From an uncultured archaeon (GTDB lineage: Archaea; Thermoplasmatota; Penumbrarchaeia; JASLWR01), in NCBI GenBank assembly GCA_964342815.1, contig CAYFHS010000034.1, forward strand, positions 1-46,810: a stretch of 46,810 nt of DNA, written 5' to 3'. Each line of letters begins with the position of its first letter. The first letter of the stretch is position 1. The notes beneath the pieces are model-generated. The model was not told the origin of the DNA, did no database searches, and saw only the letters and a list, made by a program, of their open reading frames with translations. The position numbers were made by a program, and so were the translations under genes. Below, in pieces: positions 46,809-46,810 of this stretch.

Positions 46809-46810
46809 TG

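Overview
Archaeal chromosomal window, most likely Thermoplasmatota. This is inferred from the archaeal-type IleRS, mevalonate kinase with rpe, a tungsten AOR, GAGGTG-type Shine-Dalgarno sites and the style of the surface proteins. A roughly 50% GC backbone carries three giant single-pass surface proteins, rpe-mvk, aor, two paralogous HEAT-repeat/longin-like proteins facing a Ser/Thr kinase pair, an ABC transporter, a NikR-like/ZIP/P1B-ATPase metal module and ileS. AT-rich segments at both ends carry, on the left, a multi-PAS histidine kinase that runs off the window and is absent from the ORF track and, on the right, casposase-like (Cas1-solo) remnants, a diverged ~100 bp direct repeat and a 14-repeat WD40 surface protein. 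The strongest leads are: (1) the HEAT + longin-like tandem, which shares a 45-aa helical module with an apparently split kinase gene; (2) the Cas1-solo remnants with coding-type direct repeats; (3) a G9 tract that frameshifts the ZIP transporter. No rRNA, tRNA or CRISPR array was seen. All domain calls come from motif recognition by eye, not from database searches.
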